The translations under genes were made by a program, and so were the position numbers. Shown piece after piece: positions 1 through 12,500 of a DNA stretch of 64,000 nucleotides; the first letter of the stretch is position 1; every line of letters starts with the position of its first letter. Under the pieces are notes generated by a model. It made no database searches. It saw nothing but the letters and a program-made list of their open reading frames with translations, and had not been told where the DNA came from. Source of the stretch: Schizochytrium sp. TIO01 (taxonomy: Eukaryota; Protista; Bigyra: Labyrinthulomycetes); assembly GCA_004764695.1 (NCBI GenBank), contig SMSO01000008.1, forward strand, positions 620,001-684,000, in the 5' to 3' direction.

Positions 1-1044
1 TTCACAGCTCCACTATATAGCACACGTAACAAATATATGTGTGTTTGTTGGTTTTATCTCTCCAGAGCCTCCTGAGACGCCCTAAGTCTCCCTGAGGACA
101 GTTGGGCGATCAAAAGCAACTCCATCCCTCACGCCTGGCGCATCGAAGTCCACGAGGCCGCCGCTAGCTTATTATCATAATTATATTGACAACAATAACA
201 CTAATAATAGTAACAACGACGAGACACGAACAAAGCGCCTCATCTACACCTCGCAAAATGCGTGTCCATGCCGGCGGGAGGGCAAGTCCAGAAGGGAAAG
301 GGAGGCGTGTTGAGGGTGGATGAAGGTACGTGGGCTTAGAAAAGGCTCGGGTGTGAGCATGGCGGGCATAACCTACGCTTCAAAGGCGTCCTCAAGCGTA
401 CAAGATCTCGCTCTGCGCTCCTCCGCCAATCTCAGCGCCGCCATTGCAGCCGCGGCCGCAACAATTTCCTATTACCAGATCATTCTATATATATTATTTA
501 AATAATTCAGACTACACTTTGTCTTTTGGCAGCTGCACCTCGCAAAATATGTTCTACTAAACCCCCCTGCAGCAGGTCCTTGAAAAGGCAGCCATCAAAC
601 TTGTAGGGGCATTCTAGGAGAGTTAAAGGCACTGAGGTGGGCTCAGCCCCCATAATTAGGTGTTCTGCAATACCCCCTACCCGCTTAACCTGATACCCGA
701 AGATCCTCCACGTAGGGGGGTTTAATTTAAGTCTCTATTGGGTTTCGCAAATGTTTCCCCGAATGCAGTGCAGGTACCCAGATAAGCAGGGCGGGGTGGT
801 CTCGGGGGAACATATGTTTCTCCGCCACCGAACTGTCTATTCTTAGGATACCCGCTCTTGAAGGTTGGGCAGCGAAGGGAGAAGACCTCGAAGGCCCCGC
901 CTGAGGTGGGCAGGGCAGCCGAGGAAGAGGGAATGGGGCCTCTTCGCGAAGCGACCCCACGGCCTCTGACGGCTTTCTTCGCTGCCTGGCCAGACGAGGC
1001 TGGCCGGCGCGGGGTAAAGAGACAGAGAGGTTTAACCCAGTTTA

Positions 1045-1240
1045 GCCCACTTAGACGGCCCAAAGCCCCACTTGCGCGGGCTATAAGCCCCACTTGCGCG
1101 GGCTATAACTCACTTGTTGCTCTCGGTATAACTCACTTGCGAGCCCCTCCCCTCCCCGCTTCTGAAATGGCCCTGTGAGGCGCCGCTATAACCCACTTGC
1201 GCGCCCTATAGCCCACTGTGTGCGACCTTATAGCCCATAG
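1045..1240. repeat. Degenerate 20-22 bp tandem repeat, consensus ~TATAA(G)CCCACTTGCGCGGGC, about 8 copies
   Basis: CCCACTTGCGCGGGCTATA(A)-like units recur between 1045 and 1240, interrupted by a C-rich spacer. Confidence 0.7.
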
Positions 1241-2570
1241 TAGACCGCCGCTATTCTCTAGTTGCCCTTCCCCCCGTGAGACGAGGCGAGAAAGATACAC
1301 GGAACGCCGAGAAAGAACAGCGAAAACAATAGGACAGAACGGCCGTGATTACGAGAAACGGGAAAGAACGCCAGAGAACAGTAGGTGCTACTGGCACATA
1401 ACCAAGTCTTATCCACTCTAGGTCTATGGCTAGCAGTAGCAGTAGCGTGGAGGATAGATAGATAGAAAGGTAGATAGAAAGAAAGGAAGGAACTTGAAAG
1501 AATGGTCCGAGGAAAAAGAAAGAACAGAACGGCGAAAGAAGGAAAGAAAGAAAGAAAGAAAGAACGCAGAAAAGAGAGAACTTGATTGAGAAAGTTATTA
1601 CTTTATTTCGCTCTCATCAGTCTTTACCCTTAATCATAATACCTCTTTCATTTCATTTGGATAGTTGATCAGAATAATGTTTTTTTCATTAAAAAGAAGA
1701 TACTATGATGACATGTATATGATACACGTATAATGTATATTGTATATAGGTGTTTGAAGGAATTGCTCTTTCTTTTAACGCCAAAGTTAAAAGAAAGAAG
1801 AAACAGAATTGTTTTCTTAGGAGTGAACTTTCGAGAGCGACGTTATCCCAGCGCATCAATGCGCAAACCGCCGTAGCCTGCCTGCATGGGCGAGCGTCTA
1901 GAGCCTCGGGCCCAGCAGGATAGTTTGAGAGCGCCGCATGTCTGCGGTCTTTGCATGGATCAGCTTGCGGCGATGCCTCTGATGACAGCAGTGCATTCGA
2001 TGGCTTTGGCGACATGGTTCTGAGAGCCTCTTTTAACCTTAATACCTGTTACAACTGTTCTTTTTATTTGTGAAGAATGATAGCCGTAACTATAGCCATA
2101 AAAAGGTTGACTAAGATATGTAAAACTACAACAACGTTTTGGTGGCACCTTCTGGGATGTATGAAACGAACCCGGGCAAATAATGCAGAATACCGCTCAA
2201 GCATTGCCAAATTGCGTCTCTGGTGCGACACCATCCAATGCCATGGTTCCCTGCAACGCTTATCTCTGTGCACAGCATCTCCGCAAGGTAATGAATGCAC
2301 AGGTAGCAATAACATGATAGTTTAACCTCTTCCTCTGAGAGAGCAGGGTCCTAAGCATCACCTATTGTCAGCAGTAGCACTGTCGCCTTAGGGGCGTTCT
2401 CATTGTTCTGTTCTACTCGTTCTGTTCCGTGTTGGTCCCGTTATTCTTTGAGGTTCGTTGTTTCAGAATTTCGTTCAAAGATTAAAAACATTTTGGTATA
2501 AAATAAACAAAACAACTTTAAGAACAAACAAAGGATTACAAGAAAATACTGAATGAACAAATAAATATAC

Positions 2571-2625
2571 AAAGAAAGAAAGAAAGAAACAAACAAACAA
2601 ACAAACAAACAAACAAACAAACAAA
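2571..2625. repeat. Compound (AAAG)n(AAAC)n microsatellite
   Basis: Direct reading of the sequence. Confidence 0.9.
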
Positions 2626-3551
2626 TAATAATCGATCAATCGATCAACCAACATCCCGTTTCCGCTTCTTCTTCGCTGCTCTTCGCCGACTGCTCCGCAC
2701 GAGGAATCTGCGCCTCTCCCCTCTGCCGCGTCACCGCGGTTGAGACGCAGGGCGGGGCCGTCTTCCGCGCAGACGTAGCTTTCCTTACCGGTACGAGTCG
2801 CGCGAGGTCCTTAAGGATAGATAGTTTGACTCTGATTATTTGGCTCATCCGTCACTCTCTTTTCCCTTCCCTATCTTTCTTCTTCTTAGGTTCTGCCTGT
2901 CTCCATATTGATCTTTCTGAGGATTGGTACGGATCGAGACACCTTGGGGATTTACATTCACTTGAGGGCGATTGGGATTGGGATTGAAGCTGCTGGGTTG
3001 GAGATCAATTAATTTTCTCAGGCAGATTCATTACGGAGGCTGAGTGATTGAAGACACCAATACATCGGGCTCATCTGAAGCACGCGACGCGTGAATTCGA
3101 CAGGTTCCTGGCGCAAAGAGCCTATCTATAAATACATATCGCGAACTGCTTGGATTACGCGAAAGAGGACGTGCTTTGGGTCTCTGAGGTCATCGCTTGT
3201 AGGCTCGTTTTGGTCTTCATTCACCCATTCACACGTCGCCAGCTTTACTAGAGAGTGCAGAAACGCAGCTTGAGATCTAGTCTCTCAAGCAATACCATTG
3301 TGGTGATCAAGTGCGGCCTTAGGGAGCGCTCTTTCGGAGAAGAGTGCACGTGCTCTAGTCTCGACCCAGGTAATCAGCGAAGTTATCAGTGAACACAGAA
3401 AGCATACATAACACTAACGTGCGTACAAACATATATACATTTGCGAGTAGTTTGGATAAGGTCACAATCTCGGGAGTAAAAGGGGCCACTGTACTCAGCT
3501 TAGAATATATTTTGGAAAGGTGTGAATTAATTTACTTGACCTGCGAACAAA

Positions 3552-6500
3552 ATGAAGCTCGACGTGGCAGACATCAACACTCAATGCTCAGACGATGTTC
3601 CTGACAAACAGGGTGAGGCCATCACAAGGCTGTGTAACTGCTCCACGGACTTGGCGTTCGTCGATGCAGTGCGGTCAATTTCGTCCTGGAATGCAATGGG
3701 CGAGCCTGGAGATATTCGTCACTGGGCGCCAGTCCTTAACCGTATGGACGCTCTATTATACAAGTGCATCACGGCGAACGAAAATGCAGTAGGGACACTA
3801 GTCCTCGATGAAAAGTCACTTCCAAAGGATGAAACCCCAGAAAATATTCAGGCACAGGAGGGACTTGGGCGTAGTGAGGAAGAGCGCAAGCGCCGGCCAG
3901 TGGACGACGCAGAGATGATCGTTGCAGCCATCTTCCGCTTCGCAGTTATTCTTCTGGAAAACTGTCACGCCAAGGTTGTCTTTAACCTTGCTGAATACGC
4001 CGAGGCTGTGCTCACTTCGCCTGATACCGAGTTATCTGATCTGGCCCTGCATGTTTTGGCTGCTCTCGTGGGTACCCCTCACCTCGATTGGCATCCTGAA
4101 GCAAATGACGAGGAACCAACTTCCTTGACGGGACGCACCGCTCTGGCTCGTAAGCTCATGTGCCTGGCCCAAGGATGGGGTAGCCAGGCTCAAGGCTTTG
4201 CCCTGAGGTCATGCGTAGTTGATACTGCGCAGGAGTCCGCCACAAACCTCCCTGCGGCTGGAGGAGCCTTGAACTTCGATTACTTCGCAGAGCAGCAGGA
4301 GGAGGATGACGAGAATGAAACTGGGGAGTCCAAAACCGACGAACAGAGTAGAAGTACTGCAGCCAAGGAAACAGAAAAGATATCCTTGACAGAAGCCAAC
4401 TCCACGACGACCATGATGGAGAATGATGTAAAGACCTCGGGAAACGATGATCCCTCTCCTGCAGTGAAGATCGATGGTTCTGAGGCCAACACAAACAAGA
4501 TCAACAACGCCATGGCGAAGCTTGAGGCGCACGTGGTTCGCATTCAACGCACGCCCGAGCAAGTCCAGGCAGCACAGACACCTAATGAATTGTACAATGC
4601 TATTCTCGAGGAGTGCCAAAATTTTCCAAAGCACCTGCGGTTTGCGTTGCTAGAGCGCACACGCCTAGCCCACTCTTTTGGTACTTTAGCAGGTCGGCGA
4701 CGCCGGGTTCTCCGAAGATTGCGAGCGCTGATCGTGCTGCAAAGAACTGCTTCACAAACCCTTGTTAACTACTACAAGCACGAACCTGAGCTCATGCAGG
4801 AAATCGCCATGCTTTTGAAGGACTCGACAACCAGTGTTTCTGAGGCTGGTCAGACTTCTCTGACCTCCAACAATACACTTCAACGATCGGGTTTTAACAA
4901 GGATCCAATGTCTGCGTCCCCAGGCTTGGTCCCGTTGAGTATTAAACTTGCTGCCGTCGGTGTCCTTGATGGCTTGCTTCGTGCTCGAGACCGTGCCGAA
5001 GGTGCTGAGGGTCCTGCAGCAAGGAATTCAAACGTTTTGCACGCTCTTGGCACCGTAAAGTCTGATGCTCAAGGCGTGCTGCTTACGTTGCTTCGATCCA
5101 CAGCAGCAAGTCTTGAGGCACACGCGATGCGGCTTATGAAGTCGTTGTCGTCCTCCAAGCAAGATGGGACATCCACGACTGATGAAAGCATTGGTCTGGC
5201 ATTTGTCTCTGCCATTGGAAACACGTCTCCTGCGACGCCTCCCAACGCGCCAATAGACTCTACAGACCTTGACCTTCCCGAAGACGACTTTGAGTGGATG
5301 AAATCTATCCTCGGATTGACCTGCTCAGTTGCAGAGTTTGATACCGGTGCATCGGCACTTACCGATGCAGGTCTTATTCACTCTGTACATGGAGCCCTAA
5401 TGACGGAACTTGCGTTGCGTCGCGAGCTGCGTACTAATTTAGACATATCTATGCCTCGTCGCACTCGCGTTCTGGCACTTGGAATTTATGTCCTCGTCAG
5501 CGCCATTTCAACAAGCACCGCGGCGGCTGGTTGGGCAAAAGACCTTGAACTCATTGATCTAACAATTGATCTTTTGCAAGAAACTCTGCAGCGCGGTCAG
5601 GCCATAACAGAGGCCAAGTTTCCCGGGTTTAGTAGCGCGTCTTCGACTAACAGAACAGATAGACTCATGGCCGATACCATGGAAACTGATGCAGGAATTG
5701 AGACGAAGACGGAGGTGAAACATACCATCGCACCGCAAGCTCTGGATCTCAGCGAGATGGCCATTGTACATGCGTTCATGTCTCTTTTGACTTTCATACA
5801 CGTTGTCGGAAGTAACGCGAGAAACAGTGCTGGAGGAATGAGCGATCGCTTACGAGATAAAGACTCCAAGCTGTCGAGTTGCCTTCGTCTTTTGTTTGAC
5901 AATTGTGGTGTTCTCGTGGGATCAACCTTTGATCGGGCTGCTACGCTTCTTTCAGAGACTCTCAATGCTGATCCCGTTAGTGCGCGTGTCGTAGCAGAGA
6001 GCGGCCTCGCCCGATCAGCGCTTTTGGTAATTTCAGAAGGTCGCTTGCCCCCCGTGGAGCCCTGTATTCGGGCTGTTCCAGCCATGCTGACTGGCCTTTG
6101 CCTGAGCGAGCAAGCGCTCGAGCTTGTGGATGGAGGTTTGCGTCCGAGTCCACTTGACGTTTTCATGGATGGGTTCTATGATCCGCGTTATGTGCGAGCC
6201 ATGTCGGAGAACACTGGCATGAGCGTTGGAGTAGGCCTCATGGACCTGGCGCAAAGCTTTCCGCGCCTTCGTCCTCGGGTTGTTGATGGCTGCGTGCGGC
6301 TCCTGAAGCGGATTCTTCATCCTCGGCCTAAAGAAATGCAAGCTTTCTCTGCTCTCATTGCAAACAGTATTGCCCCAAAGGTAGACTGTGGTGAGCCCAC
6401 GCTTCGTTCGTCCTTGTCATTCTCATCGAACGCAACAATGAGTTCATCCCAAAGCGAGACTGTCTCTTCCAGGGCTGAAGATGAGCTCCGCCACGCGTGC

Positions 6501-9500
6501 GTGCGGGACTCTGTTCAAATGATTTCATCTGTGCTCGAACATACTGACATGGCTAAGCTTTTCTTAGAGAAGGATGGACTCAAGCTTTTGCTTGATATGT
6601 ATCCGAAAACTCTCCCTCCTTCGCAACGCTTTCTCGTTCGCTCAGGAAGCGAGTATGGGGGCCAATCTTACATTTTCCTCTCAACGAACCTCAGTACAAT
6701 TGTGTATTCTCTTCTTGACAATATGCGGGGTCACATTATGAGTGTGCACCAGCTCATTCAACATATGGACGATGTGCTCGAGCGTGTTGTGAAGGCAAGA
6801 AAAGCTGCTGCAAAAGACCTCCCAGAAGGAAAGGGTCCATATTCTCTTCTTAAGTCAATCCCTGCAGATTTAACTGTAGACCAGGCGAAAAAATTAGCAG
6901 ACCAAGTCCAATCCGATGTGGGATCCACCTCGAAGGACACATTTGATGTTGCGCAACTTCGCCGCGTCTCCTCGAATATCAAAACCTTGACGCATCTTGA
7001 GTGGCTTGTGCTACTCTTGGCAAAATGCGTTTCTTCTGGATTGCCTACTGTTGCCTCGACGCGGATGCATCGGAGCTGGATGAGTGACCTAGTCACCCCC
7101 GAGCGCCTCCAGACGCTCAGAAAACTTTCTGTTACAGCGAGCCACCTGCGTCGCGAGGTTGCGCTCGAGTACGCAAACAATTATGACAAGGAGCGTAAAG
7201 CTGGAGAATCTAAAATGCTTCGAGATGTAGCACTAACGGAAATGGGACGTTTTACATCGACCGTCCAGCGTCTCTTGCATCAACTCTCAAGGCTCTGCTT
7301 TGTCCCACCAGCAAATAGACGTGGAACACGTGCCTCGCTTGCCACTGCCTCAGATCTTGCCAAAACAATGGCAACTGAATTGTCTGCCATTTTCATTGAC
7401 CACATCGAGTTTGCCAAGCTACCAGAGCATGGCCTGCAAGAGTCAAGCGATGCTTATCTTATGTACATGTGCGGTGTACTTAAACTTGTTACTAATTGCC
7501 TTGATGATACACGTAAGGGTAGTGAAGGGGCTAATTTAGTTCTTTTGTACATTTTGGACCCTGGTCCAGAAGGTCCACCAAGCAGAGCTAACAAGAATTC
7601 GTCCGCATCCGAAGTATCAAAAGTGAATACATTGGATTCTTTGCTGAATATCTCATTTAGCCTTCTCGACGAAGTTATGGAACGCGAAAGCACCCCTGCA
7701 TATATCCAGATCCTCCTTGAGGCCGTTTCGGACTTTTTGTGGCAACTTGTACGTGTGAATCGCACAGATTTTGTAACGTTGTCTTCGTCCATTGCCCGGT
7801 TCGGTCTTGAAGATGATTGGCGACCGATTCCTAACTTTCTTCTGGCACTTCACAAAAAATTGATTGTCTACTTACACCCACGTGTCAACAAACTGGAAAA
7901 GCTAGGTCCGGTAGCACTCTGCCATATCCTTCCTGTTCTTGCCAAGCTTGCTACTTTACCCCTTGAGGACCAAGACGTTTTGCCTGAACACTTTGCAACC
8001 AAATTTAGTGACGAGGATACTTCTCGAGGTGGTTTAGGGCGTTTAGGTGGCGGCCGTAATAGAGCTTCAGGTGCTGCAAATGAAGCAGATCAAGCTTTAG
8101 AGTTTGCCGCGAACCGTGCACGCCAGCGTGCACGAGCACAACGTGAGTTTGAGCCTGACATGGCTGTTGTTGCTAGAGTTGCTGAACTCGGATTTATTCC
8201 AGGTCATATCGTACGGGGCATGCGCCAGCTTCGCACCAACGATGCTGAGCACGTAACCGCTTGGGTTCTCGAAAACCCTTCACGAACTGAGGACGCTGAA
8301 TTCCAGATCCCTGCTCCTTCTAGTAGCTCTTCGAATGCTGAAGAAAGTGGGGCAAATGCGTCTGCAAGTGGCTCAGGATTTTCAGGGCATACTGATGCAC
8401 AAGATAATAATGAGGATGAGGAGGATGAGATAGCTCGTGCCATCCGCCTATCTATGGAGGAGTCTGGAGCTGTTGCTGGTGATGAAGATGATGATGAGGA
8501 CGAGGACGAGGACGATAAGGACATTGAGGAAGCTTCAATTGCTGATGAAGCTCAGCAAAAGGCTCTTGAGGAAGCTGCAGCTAAGGAAGAGGAAAACCGA
8601 AATGCACTACAAGTTGAAGACGACGCCTCGTTAAAAATGAGAGGTCTTGTTCGAAAGGCAGACGCTGTACGTGAAGAATTCTTCGCTTTCCGAAGATCAG
8701 TGTGCGAATCTTGTGTGGATATGCTTCGCAGTATTCCTGTGGACTCAAATGGTGCAGAAGCCACCTTGGCCAGCGCTGTAGCTGCTATGTTAATTAAGGT
8801 CGGGCACCAACCTGCACCTGAAGGTCCTCGCTGTCAAGGTCAAACTATGCAAAGGCTTAGTATTCTTGCTTTGGAAGCTCTCAAGCAGAATGACACCCCA
8901 AGAGCTAATGGTTTTATGCGTTGCATGGTGTTGGTTATGAGAGATTTGGTCGCGCAAGACACCCCAGCATCAGATGCACGAGCAGCAGGACAAAACCGCA
9001 ACGCTACGAAAGGTCTTTCTGGACCTGCTCGGAAATATCAACTTGCTTTCGCAAAGGAAGCCTTGCTCCGGGAAATGCTCGAGAGCCAGGCTTACGAAAG
9101 TGCGTTCGTCATTGTTGATCTGGCTTTGCGGCTTAACTGTTGTTCAGAAAACTTTCGGAGACTTTGCTTAGACCGCTGTAGTGAGATTCTCGCACAGTCT
9201 GGTCAAGATCTGACAGCTGATGGCCTGCATGCTGTCTTGCTTCTCTTATTTAGGGTTCTTGGTGATTATAAGTATGTAGAAGTATTCCTGGCTAAAGACA
9301 AGGCTTTGGAGGTCCTCATTTGTGGACTATCCTCCAAGCAGCGTTTTCCGGGCCACCGCACCTTAGTGAGCTTATTGATATCACGTATCCTAGAGCATCC
9401 CAGTACTCTGCGGGTGGCCATGGCATCAGTTCTTACATCAACCCTACGTGGAATTCAAATGAAACGTGCTCGTCGTCACCCAGGAGGTCGCACAAACGCG

Positions 9501-12500
9501 AGTCAGGTGCCAGTTCAACTACGTGAACTTATTAGCTTTGTTGAACCCATGCAACAGCGGAACCCGAAACTGTTCATGGAAGCCGCTGAGGCTGTACTGA
9601 AGGTGCGCAAAGCCGTTCTTTCTGGTCAAACTATGGTTGAACTACGCCCAGATGCTGGCAAAACCCTCTCTGCTCTCAACAAATCTGCATCTGATGAAGG
9701 CCCAGGTAGAGGTCGTGTAATGCAAGCTCTGTTAGATGCAATCTTTCAGGCCTTTTGTCAAGGCAATCAGTCGAAGCATCTCCTCGAGCTTGGCAGTTTG
9801 CTACAGCTTTTGCGCGATGTAATTTCTCTCCAGCCATGGACTGTTCGTGCAATCTTTGAGCGCCGTGTATCTGAGAAATCTCGTGATATTTTGGACTCGA
9901 TCTGGGGTTCAACGCTTCATCTCACACGTAAAATGCCTAAACATTCGGAGGGAAAATTCACGCTGGTAGACGTGTTGCTAGGTGGGGTCCTTTGTAGTGA
10001 GGGCCATGTAGATGGCGAGGAATTATACGAATCTACAAAAGCAGCTGTTTCTTTGTTGGCCTTGGCAGCAAATCGTACGACTGAAGAAGCCCGCCGTCGT
10101 TTAGTCCGAGCTCTCTCTTCTATGTTTGAGTCCACCGTCAAGGTCGAGGTTTCCTCCACTGAGGTTCAAAGGAATGCCCGTATGTTTGCTCTTCAAAACT
10201 GGGCCACTGTGGGACGGTTGATGTTAGATCGTTCTGCGGATGTTCGTACTGTAGGTTTGGAGATGCAGCGTCGCTCAGACATTTGCTGGGAAACAGCACG
10301 TTTGATGGACCATCATAACTACGTCAACACGCTTTTGCGACTACTCCCGCATGTAAACATGGAACACCCATTAGCTCCCTATGTGTCAGCAAACATTATG
10401 GCTCTAGCCTACACACTTTCTCGGAAATCTGTGCTTGGTCAAATTTACGCTCTAAATGCCAAAAAGGCATCCATATCAGGTACCCAAACGGAGAAAAGGA
10501 AAGGTCGAGACCGTGGACATTCGGTCTCCTCTGTTGGATACAACTCTGAAGGCGTTGCAGGTGACCTGCCAGAGACCCGTATGGATGCCGAGGCCATGTG
10601 GAGTGCGTTTGCAGCTCGTGATGGACCTTCTGCCCAACACGGTGGCCAAATGGGATCGATAAATGGTGGGGCTCCTCCCTCAGGCGGGGCAGCAAACGCT
10701 GATGCTAGTTATTTTGCTACTCTTGCCGGCGCGCCAATTCCAATTGAAGAGGAGGGCGAAGAAATTGAAGAGTTGGATGACAACATGCATATCGACCCAG
10801 ATAACATGATGGTTGTGAACCTTGATCCCAACGAAGATGCTGATGACGACGACGATGAGGATGATGATGAAGATGACGACGACGATGAAGAAGACGATGA
10901 GGATGAAGATGAAGATGAGCACCATGATGAGGACGAAGACGAAGAGATGGAAGATGGTCTTATTGCTCAAGTAGAAGAGGTTGACGAAGACGACGAGGAG
11001 GAAGAAGATGATGGAGAAGACGAACTGGATCGAATTGTCAGAGGTCATAATGTTGCAGGGCAGGGCGATGATATGGAGGACGACGAAGATGACGATGACG
11101 ATGACGATGATGAAGTGGATGACGAAGACGTTGATGACGAGACTGTAAACCGCATTTTCGGTCAACTTGCAGCTAATAATGATGTGGATGGTCTTGATGA
11201 TGAAGATGATGACGACGAAGTTGAAGGTGATATGACAGATGCCGTTATCAACGATGACATTGCTGTTGTCATGGGCCGCTTAATGGACCCATGGGCGAAT
11301 GTTTCTGGCGCCGGCGGAGTTCGTTTATCCGCCTCTGCTGTTGGCGAAGGATTCATGAGTGGCTTAGGCGACCGTGATGATGGTTTTCGTTTGCCTCGGG
11401 GAATGCGAAGCGGTCTTCACGATGTGTTGGGTCGCCAGCAAGAGGTGGCCATTAATATTGAAGAAGATATTGCCGGTGATTGGCGCCGCATAAACTTAGC
11501 CGTGCGTGGCCCTGAGAGTGGACTTGGCTCAAGTGTTGACCCTGCAGCGTCATTGAGACCTCGAATGGACTCGTTTGCTCTAGGCGATTTTCAAGGTGTA
11601 TCACGACGCCCATCTCGCCAACGTAATGTTCGTGGCTCTGCCTCGAATAATCATTCTAGTAACACATCCCCTACAAATTCCCAGCCAGGCGAAACAAATC
11701 CACTTTCTGAGACTTGGAACCCATCGAGCCTTGGATTGCCAGGTTTGCCAAACACTTCTGTATCTATTCTGGGTGACTACATGCGTGGTGTGAATCTTGC
11801 TGGTGTGAATGAGCTGCGCCAGTCAAATTCTAGTGACAGCAACGAATCCGCGGAGCCAAGTATGCCTCTACCTGACGTGCTTAGCCACCCTGTCCTTCGC
11901 TGCCATGTATCGCCACGTTTTGGAACAGATGTCCCTGGGAACGAAGCCCTCGTTCGTGGCGCTCCTGGAGGTTCTGCTGCGCGCTCTCAGCGTCGGTTTG
12001 GAGTTTTTGTTTCAGGGTTGGGTCGCATGGTTGAGCGTGCAGGTCGCGAGGCTTCAACAATTGAGATTCCTGGCCTTGCACCTGAGTCTAGGGACCAACT
12101 TGAACGTTGGTCAAATGGCAACTTTGCCTCTGATGCAGGAGCTGTACGTGATATTGTGACTCATCTGGAGGAGCGTGCAGAAGAAGAGAGTGAGGCGGAG
12201 TCGCAGCAACAACGCGAACAAGAGGCTACTGCCTCTGCTGCTGAGTCTAACGAAGGGGCAACAGCAGGCACCATTGAAGTCAGGCCGACGGAAGATTCTC
12301 ACGTAGCTGGAAATGCCGATGACGGGCTAGTATCGGCGAGCCGCTCTACTGGCGAAGTTGCAGCTTCTTCTGCCAATGTGCAGCAAGATTGTGACAATAA
12401 CAATAATAACAGGAACGCTGGGAACGTTGAACAAAGCCAAAGTGAAACAATGGAAGTGTCAGATGAAGGGTCGTCGGGGGCCAATGCTGAGAGCACTGCA

